NCBI RefSeq assembly: GCF_001194135.2
Contig: NC_068988.1
Span: 83,183,810 to 83,220,399 of the forward strand
Direction of reading: 5' to 3'
DNA: 36,590 nt
Source: Octopus bimaculoides
Lineage: Eukaryota
The first letter of the stretch is position 1. Every line of letters starts with the position of its first letter. Shown piece after piece: positions 22,004-32,905 of the stretch. The notes beneath the pieces were generated by a model. It saw nothing but the letters and a program-made list of their open reading frames with translations. It did no database searches and was not told where the DNA came from. Position numbers and translations under genes: made by a program.

Positions 22004-25000
22004 GTATAAATGTATATAAAGATAAAGTGATTGATAGAAAAATTTTATTGTCTCTTCTTTGAGTCTTGAGCTTCTCAGCCATTGTTGGGGTCTTCACTTT
22101 GTCTATTTCTTTTCTGTTTGGCTTAACCCAATGTTTGCTATGTAAAGGGCTTTTCTTGCCATCATTTTATCATGATACTTCGTTGTATCAGTTTTAGTTT
22201 GGATTTAAGTTGTTTCTTCTTTTTTTTTATAATTGTCAGGTATTATGACTTCTTTCCTTGCTTCTGAATTAGGTATTTCTGTAATCCTATGGAGGTTATT
22301 TTATAATAGTTTTCTAGCTGTATAAGGCCTCTACCATCTTCAATACGTTGTATATATAACCTTTCTATGTCAGATTCTGGATGGTGCATCCTAAATTCTG
22401 TCATTATTTTTTTTTGTTTTCTTGTCTCGTTTGGCTAGTTCATTTAGAGTTCAATTAAGAATATTGTAACTGTAACTTATAATTAAAATTCCTGAGTAGA
22501 ACTTATTATTACCTCCGTCATTGAAACTATTTTGAATGGTGACTTTATTAACTTTGGCTTGTATTAGATAAGGATAAACTATTTATTACCGTTACTAAAT
22601 TTTCTTCAGTCACCTTTACATTCCGTAACTACCATTGTGATCGATCAGGTACTGGACAAGGATTCTGGATTACTTTTCCGTTTTTTTTGCTTAATATTTG
22701 AGAACGGTCAGGTTCATTTTTAGTATTCTCGTCTGTGAGAGCATTCGAGTTTATTTCAGATATTCTCATATTAAAAATCATCTCTGGCTAATCATTGAGA
22801 GGATGTTGGTGTTGCCTTGGCAGAGGTTTGCACTCTCTGAGTTCTCTTGTTATTATTATCATTGGGGAGAATTCACAAAAAACAAAAGATGAAGACAGGT
22901 GGTGTACACAACAAACAGATGTATTAGTTTAACGCTCAGGAAGTGAAAAAGTCTTTAATGTTTCGAACCTACGCTCTTCCACGGAAAGGAACACAGAAAG
23001 AAACAAGGAAAGGAAATAAAGAATGTGTAGTGGCTAGCGATCATTCGCCATGATAGATCGCTAGCCACTACACATTCTTTATTTTCTCTCCTTGTTTCTT
23101 TCTGTGGAAGAGCGTAGGCTCGAAACATTAAAGACTTTTTCACATCCCGAGCGTTAAACTAATACATTTGTTTGTTGTCTACACCACCTGTTTTCGTCTT
23201 TTGTTGTTATTATACATTCATGTGGTTGCACCAGTTGATCCTGTCTCCTCTCATTACCCAACGAATTTTTACACCTTCTACACTGGACTATTCTACCTGA
23301 ACTTTCTATTCTCGTACACTTCAGCTGCACCTCTCCTGCCCATGGATTACACTGGACTCCTCTATTATTATCATTGTTTGGTTTAGATGTGTGTCATGTT
23401 AGCTCCTAAGGATTTGTTGAATTTTGTTGGAAATAAATTTACTCTCTTTAATCTTTGTTAGAGTTTTTTTGGGGGTGAAGAGGGAAAATCCCAAAAATAA
23501 CCTAAAGGGTACAATTATTGTAATATTTTTCCTTTTTTCTTTTTTTTTTTTTGTTTGTTTCTTGTTAGAATTATCCAATACCATGCAATCAGTCTGTCAA
23601 GGGTGCACCATCCCCTTCTGTATGTACTGACACTATAACCATTATTGCAGAAATTAAAGTCTTTGAGGGGCATCCTACAAAACCTGATGCAGATGATCTG
23701 TATTTGTCTATTCAGATGACATCATCATTATTGTGTCAGACACAAAACACATTGAGGTGATCAGTACTATCCTAAGGGAATACAAGGTGGTGATAGAAGC
23801 AAAAATTAACCAGAAGTCATTGAGCCTGCTGCTCATCACCTAGACAGGCAGATCCAATCCATCCAACAGTGTTGTTGGGTGCTGGACGAACAGACCAGTT
23901 AAATTGCTTAGGGCTTGGTTTGGTCCAGAATTCCACAGCATTTATTGACCCTCAGAAAATACATCTTCCACCACTTCACATTAAACTTGGCCTTAAGAAA
24001 ATTTCTTGAAGAGTATAGATCATCAAGGTAGTGATTTCCAATATTCAAAGGATAAATTCAAAGGGATACTGACAGATGCTAAGCTAGAAGCTGCAGTTTT
24101 CACTGGACCACAGATCTGCAGTGTCATCTATGACCCATTGTTTCCATCTAACCTAAATGAGGATGAAGTAGGAGCATAGACACCTTTTGTTGATGTTGTC
24201 AAAAAATTTTCTTAGAAACCACAGAAATGAAAACTACTGTGAATGTACTGAAAACATGCTTAAATCTAATGAAAATAGGGGATTCAGAAAGTCTTTGGAA
24301 ATGCATTTTTTACATTCTCATCTTGACTTCTTTCCAGCCAACTTTGGGGCTGTTAGTGATAAATGAGGTGAGCACTCCTACCAACAAAACTCAGGTAATT
24401 TCAACCCAAATTTGATGGGGGATTGTTGTTGGTTCGTGCCGAAGGAGAGCTCATCATCCTACAAGTGACAGAAGAAGAGGAAACACCAAAGTTTCACTTA
24501 AAAACAGAAAGTTGCCTTTCAATAGTAACAACAAAATTCTAATGTGCTTTGTGTGGATGGTTGAGTGCAGAGGTGATAGCTCTGCCAACAGAATTCTACT
24601 GTCTGTCTTAAGCCAGGAATTATTTCTGTCTGTCTTAAGCCACTAATTATTTGTGTATGCTTAACATAAAATATGGAAAAGTAGCTTAGACAGCTTTCCT
24701 AATAGAAGTGTGCAAGAAAAATAAAATGAAAAATAGAGGTTTTGAGATACACAGATCTGAAATTAGCATCAGAAATTTGGTAAGAATCAGTGGTTTACAG
24801 ATCTGTAACAAAAAAAAGTTGAAATTTGTTGCCTAGTGTAATCAATACAAAATCAAAACCCACAAATCTACAAGAGAAAGAAGAAAATGAAACAGTATAC
24901 TAAACAATTAATAGAGGAAAATGTCCTAAATACTCAACTGAGTTATTTGGAAGACAGAAAAAGTAATAACAGTATCAGCTTTTACATGATTCTAAGTATT

Positions 25001-26490
25001 GTTGTCCATTTATATAGCAACTATGTGAAGACAAACCTTTTATCAATGCAAAATGAACAGATGGAATTTTTGAGCCAAGAAAAAATGTAGAAGGGAAAAC
25101 TTTGTAAGAACCAAAAGCAGTTTTTATCATGAGATAAAATCAAGATGTTAAAAAGAAACAGTATATATCACTGCTTATGAAAAATATAGAAACAAACTAA
25201 ATTTTCCCTTGCATCAAACAAGCTCTCCAGGGCATATCAGGAGAAATTCTCTCAACTGCTAAAAGTAAATTATATGGCACAATTTGCAGTGGATTAAAAA
25301 CTAAAAATACTGCCAAAGCATGAGCTTAAATTTTAAAAAATATACCTCTGATTATACATTTGTGCCACAGTATATAGGTTGAACAAATACAAAACAATGG
25401 AAAAAACTTAGATCTATAGCTAGTCATGATTTTTGTATTACAGTAAGGACAAGTGGTCAAAATGGGCTAACAAAGGTGAGATGTTGTCAGAGGACATCAA
25501 AATGGATTTGCAAGTCCTAATGTTCCTTGAAAGTCACAGAAACATACCAGAGCTATGTCCAGTAAAATGTGCTGAGACAAAGGGTGTGAGATTAATGATA
25601 CAGGGTAGAAAGCCAAGTTATATAATTGTTAGAGTAAAAAGCTCTGAAGAACTGGGAAGACTAAGCAAAAGCAAAAAAGAGGACATCATAAAAAATGAAA
25701 ATCAACAGCAACAACAAAAAGAATAACAAACCCCAGTTTTCAGAGGATCGTCAGCCAAAACTTCAGGGATAATAAAGAAAATATCTTTAGGCTTAATCAC
25801 AAACAGATGAACAAATATCTCATCCCTTGGCAGCATCTTCATTATGTGATAAGGAAGAAATAATTACAGACAAAAATACAAAGAGAAAAAAAGAAAAAAA
25901 TCTAAATACAACAATGAAAATAGCTGAGGAGAAACAGTTTCTCTTAAATCTCTCCTCAAGAAAATGCAGATGAAGATAAACTAAGATTCATTGTTCTTTG
26001 AGAATGAAATAGTTACAGGTCAAAATTAAGCAGCAGTGATGCCACAACTTACTATAAAAGTTATAATGATACAAACATGATTAGAATTCAGAATATAAAC
26101 AACATGCAAAAGATAGATTAAAATTTAAAATATTATTTCAAACTTTAAAAAAATTGCTTTCAAGAAATTGTTGTCTTTCAGCACCAGATGCCTCAAAAAT
26201 TGCTTACTGGTTAGGTGAACTTAATTTAAACTAACCAGAACATCTTTCATGCATTTCTTCAACTTATATCTTGTTTTAATTATTGTTTTACTGTGTTGTT
26301 ATTTATTTCCATGCAAATTATTTCCAGGCGTAGGAGTGGCTGTGTGGTATGTAGCTTGCTTATGAACCACAGGTTCCGGGTTCAGTCCCACTGCATGGCA
26401 CCTTCGGCAAGTGTCTTCTACTATCGCCTCGGGCTGACCAAAGCCTTGTAAGTAGATTTGGTAGATGGAAACTGAAAGAAGCCCATCGTA

Positions 26491-26533
<43 letters not shown>

Positions 26534-26878
26534 NNNNNNNNNNNNNNNNNNNNNNNNNNNNNNNNNNNNNNNNNNNNNNNNNNNNNNNNNNNNNNNNNNN
26601 NNNNNNNNNNNNNNNNNNNNNNNNNNNNNNNNNNNNNNNNNNNNNNNNNNNNNNNNNNNNNNNNNNNNNNNNNNNNNNNNNNNNNNNNNNNNNNNNNNNN
26701 NNNNNNNNNNNNNNNNNNNNNNNNNNNNNNNNNNNNNNNNNNNNNNNNNNNNNNNNNNNNNNNNNNNNNNNNNNNNNNNNNNNNNNNNNNNNNNNNNNNN
26801 NNNNNNNNNNNNNNNNNNNNNNNNNNNNNNNNNNNNNNNNNNNNNNNNNNNNNNNNNNNNNNNNNNNNNNNNNNNNNN

Positions 26879-26923
<45 letters not shown>

Positions 26924-27193
26924 TTATGCGTCTGTGTTTGTCCCCCCAATATCACTTGACAACCAATGCTGGTTTGTTTACATCCCCGTAGCAGTTCGGC
27001 AAAAGATACCGATAGAATAAGTACTAGGCTTACAAAGAATAAGTCCTAGGGTCAATTTGCTCGACTAAAGGCGGTGCTCTAGCATGGCCACAGTCAAAAT
27101 AACTGAAACAAGTAAAAGAGTAAATATGTGTGTTTGCATACATATGTGTATATGTATGCTTGCATGTATATGTGTGCTCGTGTGTGCACATGC

Positions 27194-27229
<36 letters not shown>

Positions 27230-30200
27230 CATTGCTATAACCCTATCTAGGTTGATGGATGAATCTGCATTTGTGGATGGAACTAATAGTCAAGTTTCTT
27301 GCCTCATTGTGTATGCTAAAGATCTTAGACAATTAAGCTGATTAGTCAGCTCATCATTAATGAAGAACAAAGAAATCTACAGGAATTGAGATAAACAATG
27401 ATGATAATAATGATGACGATGATGATGATGGTGGTGGTGGTATTGGTGGCGGTGATAGTTTTGGTGGTGGTGGTGGTTTTGGTGGTGATTAACAAAATAA
27501 GCTTATCTTCAGAAAATTTTTTTAAATGATTGAGAAAAAGATTATACTCACATTTACCATCAAAAAACAACTCAAAGAAGCCATTCCAATCGCCATCATA
27601 TTGATACAGTAACTTAAGCTGAAATGTGTGATGGTAGGCAGAGGTGGCAATATCACGTGGGTTGCGTGTCATGAAAATCATTTTAGTTTTTTTGGTAAAT
27701 ATCTCTCTAGGTAAATGATGCAAGAACAGGTGGTTGTTTAGAACTCTGGGTGATGGAAGCTGGTCTAGTTGGTCTTGGTCCATCAATTCCATCATTGCAA
27801 CACTCTTGTGTTCTGGATTATATTCAGCAGAACCATTAACTAACATTCCAGCAATTTCCCACATCCAATGACAACCTATGTTGAAAAGATTGAAATCTCA
27901 AGAATAGAATGAAAACACCAAATCATATTATTATATCATCATCATCATTTAATGTCCATTGCCCATGCTGGCATGAGTTGGATGGTTTGACTGGGTTGGC
28001 ATGCTGTAAGGCTGCACCAGGCTCCAGTCTGATTTGGCATGGTTTTCTAGGGTTGGATGCCCTTCCTAATGCCAACCACTCTGAGAGTGTAATCGTTGCT
28101 TTTATGTTCCACTGGCATGGGTGCCATTTGTGTGACACCGGGATGTGTTTACATGCCACCGACATGGGTGCCAATTTGCATGACATCAGTATCTTCCACG
28201 ACTGTGATTTTGCTCAGCTTGATGGGTCTTTTTCTCAAGTATGACATAACGCCAAAGGTCTTGGTCAATGCCTCCATGAGGCCCAACACTCAAAAGGAAC
28301 TCAGCCACTTTGCCTCTGTGAGGCCCAACATTCAAAAGATGTTCTTTACATGCTACCAGCACAGGTGCACTTGGCTTGGCGGGTTCTCTCAAGCACATTG
28401 CCTCTGCGAGGCTAAAAGTTCGAAGATCATGCTTCACCACCTTGTCCCATGTCTTCCTAGGTCTACCTCTACAACAGGTTCCCTCCACAGTTAGAGATCA
28501 GCACATCTTTACACAGTTGTCCTCATCCATATGCATCACATGACCATACCAGTGCAGTCGTCTATCTTGCACATCACATCTGATTCTTCTTATACCTAAC
28601 TTTTCTCTCAAGATGCTTACTCTGTTGAACATGCACACTGACATTGCACATCCACCAAAGTATACTGGCTTCATTTCTTTCAAGCCTACACATGTCCTTG
28701 GCTTTCATAGCCCATGTTTCACTGCCATGCAGCATAGCTGTTCACACACAGGCATCAAACAATCTGCCTCTCATTCTGACAGAGGCCCTTTGTTGCCAGC
28801 AGGGTTAGGAGCTCTCTGCGCTTTGCCCAGCCTTATCTTATTCTTACAGCTATGCTCTCAGAGTATCCACTTCCACTACGAACTTGGTCAAATAGATAAC
28901 TACCTTTAGCTTGCACCCCAACCACCAGCAGTTGATGGAGTCTATTTTCTGTGCATTTTCAGCATTTACTGTATCTGTGCACCTTCCACATACAAAAGTT
29001 CGTTTCCCTGTTAACCTTCCTCTGATGTTGCTGCACCTTTCATGTGTCCAAAGCTTACATCTTATGGAGTTTCTACCTACAACTTTTCTACAGATTGAGC
29101 AGGGCCATCTACCTGAAGGGATTTGTGATTTGTCTGCCTTCCTACTTACTATGACTTGGGTTTTTGCTAGGTTAACTCTAAGGCACTTTGATTCTAGACC
29201 TTGCTTCCATACTTGGAACTTCTCTAGTTCAGGTAGTGATTCAACTATAAGAGCAAGGTCATCAGCATAGAGGAGCTCCCAGGGGCAGCCTGTCTTGAAT
29301 TCCTCTGTTATNNNNNNNNNNNNNNNNNNNNNNNNNNNNNNNNNNNNNNNNNNNNNNNNNNNNNNNNNNNNNNNNNNNNNNNNNNNNNNNNNNNNNNNNN
29401 NNNNNNNNNNNNNNNNNNNNNNNNNNNNNNNNNNNNNNNNNNNNNNNNNNNNNNNNNNNNNNNNNNNNNNNNNNNNNNNNNNNNNNNNNNNNNNNNNNNN
29501 NNNNNNNNNNNNNNNNNNNNNNNNNNNNNNNNNNNNNNNNNNNNNNNNNNNNNNNNNNNNNNNNNNNNNNNNNNNNNNNNNNNNNNNNNNNNNNNNNNNN
29601 NNNNNNNNNNNNNNNNNNNNNNNNNNNNNNNNNNNNNNNNNNNNNNNNNNNNNNNNNNNNNNNNNNNNNNNNNNNNNNNNNNNNNNNNNNNNNACCAGAT
29701 AAGGGATTAGGGGATCCAGTCAAAGGCTTTCTCTAAGTCAACAAAGGCCAAGTACAGAAGTTTATCTTTGGCTATGTATTTCTCCTGCAGCTGTCTTACC
29801 AGAAATATAGCATCAGTGGTACTTATCCCTGGCACAAAACCAAACTGCATCTCATCTAGACTAACTCTCTTCCTAATTAGCTGGGCTATGACTCTCCCCG
29901 TGACTTTCATCACCTGATCCAACAATTTGATACCTCTGTAATTATTTCCATCTAAGGCATCACCTTTACCTTTGTAGCAGTTGACTATGGTGCTGCTACA
30001 CTATTCATTGGGTATGACTCCTTCATGAGCTACCTGCTTTACAATATGGGTGACTAGACCATAACCCACACTGCCAGATATTTTAAGCATCTCAGCAGTG
30101 ATTCCTGATGGACCAGGGGCTTTCCCTGTTCTCATTTCCTTAATTGCTTTATCTACCATGGAACTGCCAATTTGGGTAGCCAGTCCCTCAATTGGGTCAA

Positions 30201-32548
30201 CATTTAGCAGGCTCTCCTCCTCCCATTCATTCTCTACATTCAGCAGCCTTTCATAATGGCATATCCAAGCCTCTTTCTTTGCAGAATCACTAAATGCAAG
30301 TGCACTATCATCCATGCGGACACATTTCCCTCCTATGACATCACAATTTTCAGTCACAAACTGTCTTGCAATTCAAAATACTTCAATTCTTTGGTCCTCA
30401 TAACACTACCATTACAAATGCTTTTGCATATTATTGAGAAATTTACAGAGAGCAAAACAAAGCTTCTTCTAAGCAAACAACTCTAGACATGTTTTTTAAA
30501 AAGAAATCTATAAGTTTGTCTATGAGAGCTTGTGAATCAGTGATTGCATCTACAAGTCATGGTGTGTGTGTGAGTCTAGTGCATCTAAAAGTGATTTAGA
30601 AAATGATTATAATAATAATGTTTTTTACTATAAAAGACAGCAAGCTGGCAGAAACGTTAGCATGCTGGGCGAAATGCTTAGCGGTATTTCGTCTGTCTTT
30701 ACGTTCTGAGTACAAATTCTGCCAAGCTCGACTTTGCCTTTCAACCTTTTGGGGTCGATAAATTAAGTAGTAGCTGCATACTGGGTTGATCTAATCGACT
30801 GTCCCCACCTCTCTAAAAATTTTAGGCCTTGTGCCTAGAGTAGAGAAGAATATTTTTTACTATAAATGATCTTGACATTTTCATTACTTTATGAGTATTA
30901 TAAATTTTATAGGTAAAATATTTTTCTGTGAATGATTTATAAAATTGCTCCTATGGGAAATTATTGCTCTGCTTTATGAATTTTCACTTTATGAGCAGTC
31001 TCCAGGCACAAATTAACTTGTCTATCAAGGCATTACTGTATACATATATACATATCATCATCCTCATTACCGTTTAATGTCTGCCTTCCATGCAAGCATG
31101 GTTTGGACAGTTTGACTGAGGACTGGCAAGCCAGGAGGCTGCACCAGGCTCCAGTCTGATCTGGCAAGGTTTCTACAGCTGGATGCCCTTCCTAATGCCA
31201 ACCACTCCTAGAGTGTAGTGGGTGCTCTTTATGTGCTACCAGCATGGGAGCCAGTCAGGTGGCACTGGCATCAACCATGCTCAAACGGTGCTTTTTATGT
31301 GCCACCAGCACAGGAGCCAGTCAGGCAGCACTGGCATAGATCACATTCAAATGGTTCTTTTTACATGCCACCAGCATGGGTGCCAGTTAGGCGGCACTAG
31401 CATTGGTCACGACTACAATTTCACTTGACTCAACACATCTTTTCAAGCACGGCATATTGCCCGACAGTTGAAAGGTACTTTTAAATGGACCAGTTATGTG
31501 ACACTGGCATCAGCCATAGCTACGATTCTCACTTGACTCACTGGGTCTTCTCAATCACAGCATATCTCCAAAGATCTCCGTTGCTTGTCATTGCCTCTGT
31601 GAGGCCCAGCATTTGAAGGTCGTGCTTCACCACCTCATCACATCTTTCTAGGTCTACCACTTCCACAGGCTCCTTCCACTGTTATGGTGTAACATTTCTT
31701 CACACAGCTATCTTCATCCATACACAACATATAACCATGCCAGCGCAGTCATCTCTCTCACACACCACATTTGATGCTTCTTATGTCCAACTTTTCTCTC
31801 AGGGTGCTTACAATCTATCGTGTATGCACACTGACATTACACATCCAGCGGAGCATACTAGCTTCATTTCTTTGAAGCCTATGCATGTCCTCAGCAGTCA
31901 CAGCCCATGTTTCACTGCCGTGTAGCATGGCTGTTCACACACATGCATCATACAGTCTACCTTTCACTCTAAGCGAGGGGCCCTTTGTTACCAGTATGGG
32001 TAGGAGCTCCCTGAACTTTGCCTAGGCTATTCTTATTCTAGCAGCTACACTCTTAGAGCATCCACCTCCGCTACTGACTTGCTCACCTAGTTAATGGAAG
32101 TTATCAACTATTTCTGGTTTTTCCCCCTGGCATGTAATGGAATCTGTTTTCTATACATCTTCAGTATGCATTGCCCCTGTGCATCTGCCACACACAAAAA
32201 CTATTTTCCCATTTAACCTTCCTTTGATATTGCTGCACCTCTTATGTGTTCATAGCTTACGTTGGGTACATCTTATGGAGTTTCTACCTATGCCTGAGAG
32301 CTGTGATAATAGCAGAAATAGTTGACTAAAGAAAGAAACACGTATGATTGTGGGATGTCCTTCTTGATAAAAGAATACCTACCAGCTTTAAAATAGCCTA
32401 GAAGTAAAACATCATCATCTCTTACTGGCATGTCTGGAAGTCTGTCCATATTTTCTTGAATATTTGGAAATGATGGCACCAAAAATTCATTGTAATCATA
32501 GCTGAGTAATTGACATCCAGCAGAATCTTTGTAGCAAACTTCAGGCAT
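17940..32548 (-). CDS. SULT: Cytosolic sulfotransferase (SULT1-like), complete 5-coding-exon gene, join(32548-32383,27875-27552,19675-19572,19404-19239,18049-17940), 289 aa
   Basis: Manually spliced with GT-AG introns and consistent phases (1,1,0,1); 870 nt open frame. Motifs: 5'-PSB loop GYFKAGCHW, catalytic His in LNNHL, 3'-PB RNPRDIATSAYHH, YEDLKKDP, RKGVVGDWKNWFTVSQNE. Confidence 0.93.
18690..18925 (+). mobile_element. RTE-tail-related repeat ending in (GAT)n/(ATT)n
   Basis: aagaagggcat..gctataag..aacccatcc..catggaaaa..gatgatg resembles the RTE 3' tail. Confidence 0.5.
18926..19158. mobile_element. Unclassified insertion of about 230 bp between (ATT)n and (AAT)n
   Basis: Higher-GC block bounded by trinucleotide repeats, with no counterpart in the paralogous intron 4. 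Confidence 0.35.
19239..19404 (-). CDS. SULT: SULT minus copy, coding exon 4 (DPVSNV...SESFLRK-G)
   Basis: Acceptor CTTTAG, donor GTACAA, 166 nt; ends at the RKG motif. Confidence 0.92.
19572..19675 (-). CDS. SULT: SULT minus copy, coding exon 3 (LNYGNWFEY...YEDLKK)
   Basis: Acceptor TTTCAG, donor GTGAAA, 104 nt; YGNWFEY and YEDLKK SULT motifs. Confidence 0.92.
20359..20495 (-). mobile_element. RTE 3'UTR tandem-repeat fragment
   Basis: atggtgct..tttacatgccaccagcac..gccag..ctggca unit, as in 31221-31420. Confidence 0.7.
22050..22480 (-). mobile_element. R4/Dong-type non-LTR retrotransposon fragment
   Basis: Reverse translation ..KIMTEFRMHHPESDIERLYIQRIEDGRGLIQLE..WQEKP; homologous to 36190-36590. 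Confidence 0.8.
22630..22858 (-). mobile_element. Possible helentron-associated (HINE/DINE-like) element end
   Basis: The reverse complement begins AACAAGAG next to a (TAA)-rich site; class inferred from the terminus only. Confidence 0.3.
22879..23208. repeat. Palindrome of about 330 bp, two inverted Penelope-type terminal repeats
   Basis: Arms 22879-23042 and 23056-23208 are about 90% reverse-complementary, with a 13-nt spacer. Confidence 0.85.
23097..23134 (+). ncRNA. Minimal type-I hammerhead-ribozyme-like motif (variant or degenerate core)
   Basis: TCTTT-CTGTGGA-A-GAGC(GTAG)GCTC-GAAA-C-ATT-AAAGA: stem I 5 bp, stem II 4 bp, loopless stem III; core A6 is replaced by U. Confidence 0.5.
23580..23930 (+). 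mobile_element. L1/Tx1-clade LINE RT fragment
   Basis: SVCQGC..PLLYVL (for QGCPLSP) and YSDDIIIIVSD..AKINQK motifs. Confidence 0.7.
23958..24838 (+). mobile_element. Chapaev3 (CMC) DNA transposon 3' part with right TIR
   Basis: PPLHIKLGL..F.GPQI..VKNFL.NH..MHFLHSHLDFFPANFGAVSD.GE..NLMGDCCW; ends AAATTTGTTGCCTAGTG followed by TAA (CAC...GTG termini, TWA TSD). Confidence 0.85.
26326..27120 (+). mobile_element. Full-length tRNA-derived CORE-type SINE with internal microsatellite (gap inside)
   Basis: A-box ggagtggctgtgtgg, B-box gggttcagtccc, CORE-like ggcacct..ggcaagtgtctt; 3' half shared with 34550-34738. Confidence 0.85.
27395..27490. repeat. (GAT)n/(GGT)n compound trinucleotide repeat in SULT intron 2
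   Basis: Directly visible. Confidence 0.85.
27552..27875 (-). CDS. SULT: SULT minus copy, coding exon 2 (CHWMWEI...FFDGK)
   Basis: Acceptor CATAG, donor GTGAGT, 324 nt; contains PSPRVLNNHL and RNPRDIATSAYHH. Confidence 0.93.
27935..30370 (-). mobile_element. RTE LINE, 5'-truncated, in intron 1 of the minus SULT (gap inside)
   Basis: ORFs 29707..29925 (AFVDLEKAFD), 30001..30357 (GKAPGPSGITAEMLK) and 28498..28683 (RLHWYGHV). Confidence 0.93.
30645..30850 (+). mobile_element. Nin-domain-like tRNA SINE
   Basis: gctggcagaaacgttagc head; gcctttcaacctttt.ggggtcgataaattaagta core; homologous to 17640-17795. Confidence 0.7.
31055..32290 (-). mobile_element. RTE LINE 3' fragment with 3x66-bp tandem repeat in the 3'UTR
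   Basis: RT C-terminal homology to 9760-10460; repeat units start at 31221, 31287 and 31353. Confidence 0.88.
32383..32548 (-). CDS. SULT: SULT minus copy, coding exon 1 (MPEVCYK...DDDVLLLGYFKA-G)
   Basis: ORF 32288..32548; donor G|GTAGGT after GYFKA; VRDDDVLLLGY is typical of the SULT N-terminus. Confidence 0.9.
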
Positions 32549-32619
32549 GCTGTGTAACTCTGTGAATCTCTGTGAAAATAAAATATTTCATGTATGAGTC
32601 AATATATATATACATATAT

Positions 32620-32905
32620 ATCATCATCATCATCATCATCATTTAACGTCCGCTTTCCATGCTAGCATGGGTTGGGCGATTTGACTGAGGACTGGTGCAA
32701 CCGGATGGCTACACCAGACTCGAAATGGTGTCTTTTATGTGCCACCCGCACAAGAGCCAGTCCAGGGGCACTGGCAACGATCTCGCTCGAAAACCTTACA
32801 AGGCCAGTCAGGCGGTACTGGCAATGGTCACGCTCAGGATGGTACATCTTATGTGCCACACGCACAAGAGCCAGTCCAGGGGCACTGGCAACGATCTCAC
32901 TTGGC
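32620..32905 (-). mobile_element. Young RTE 3' end with tandem units, truncated by a gap
   Basis: catcatcatcatcatttaacgtccgctttccatgctagcatgggttgg is near-identical to 14600-14680. Confidence 0.85.

Noticed and set aside
25433-25726. 97-aa ORF (MYYSKDKW...) as a host gene
   Set aside because: No recognisable domain or splice context; at most LINE ORF1-like debris.
31221-31420. Regularly spaced repeats resembling a CRISPR array
   Set aside because: These are contiguous degenerate 66-bp tandem units with no unique spacers, embedded in an RTE 3'UTR in a eukaryotic context with no cas genes.
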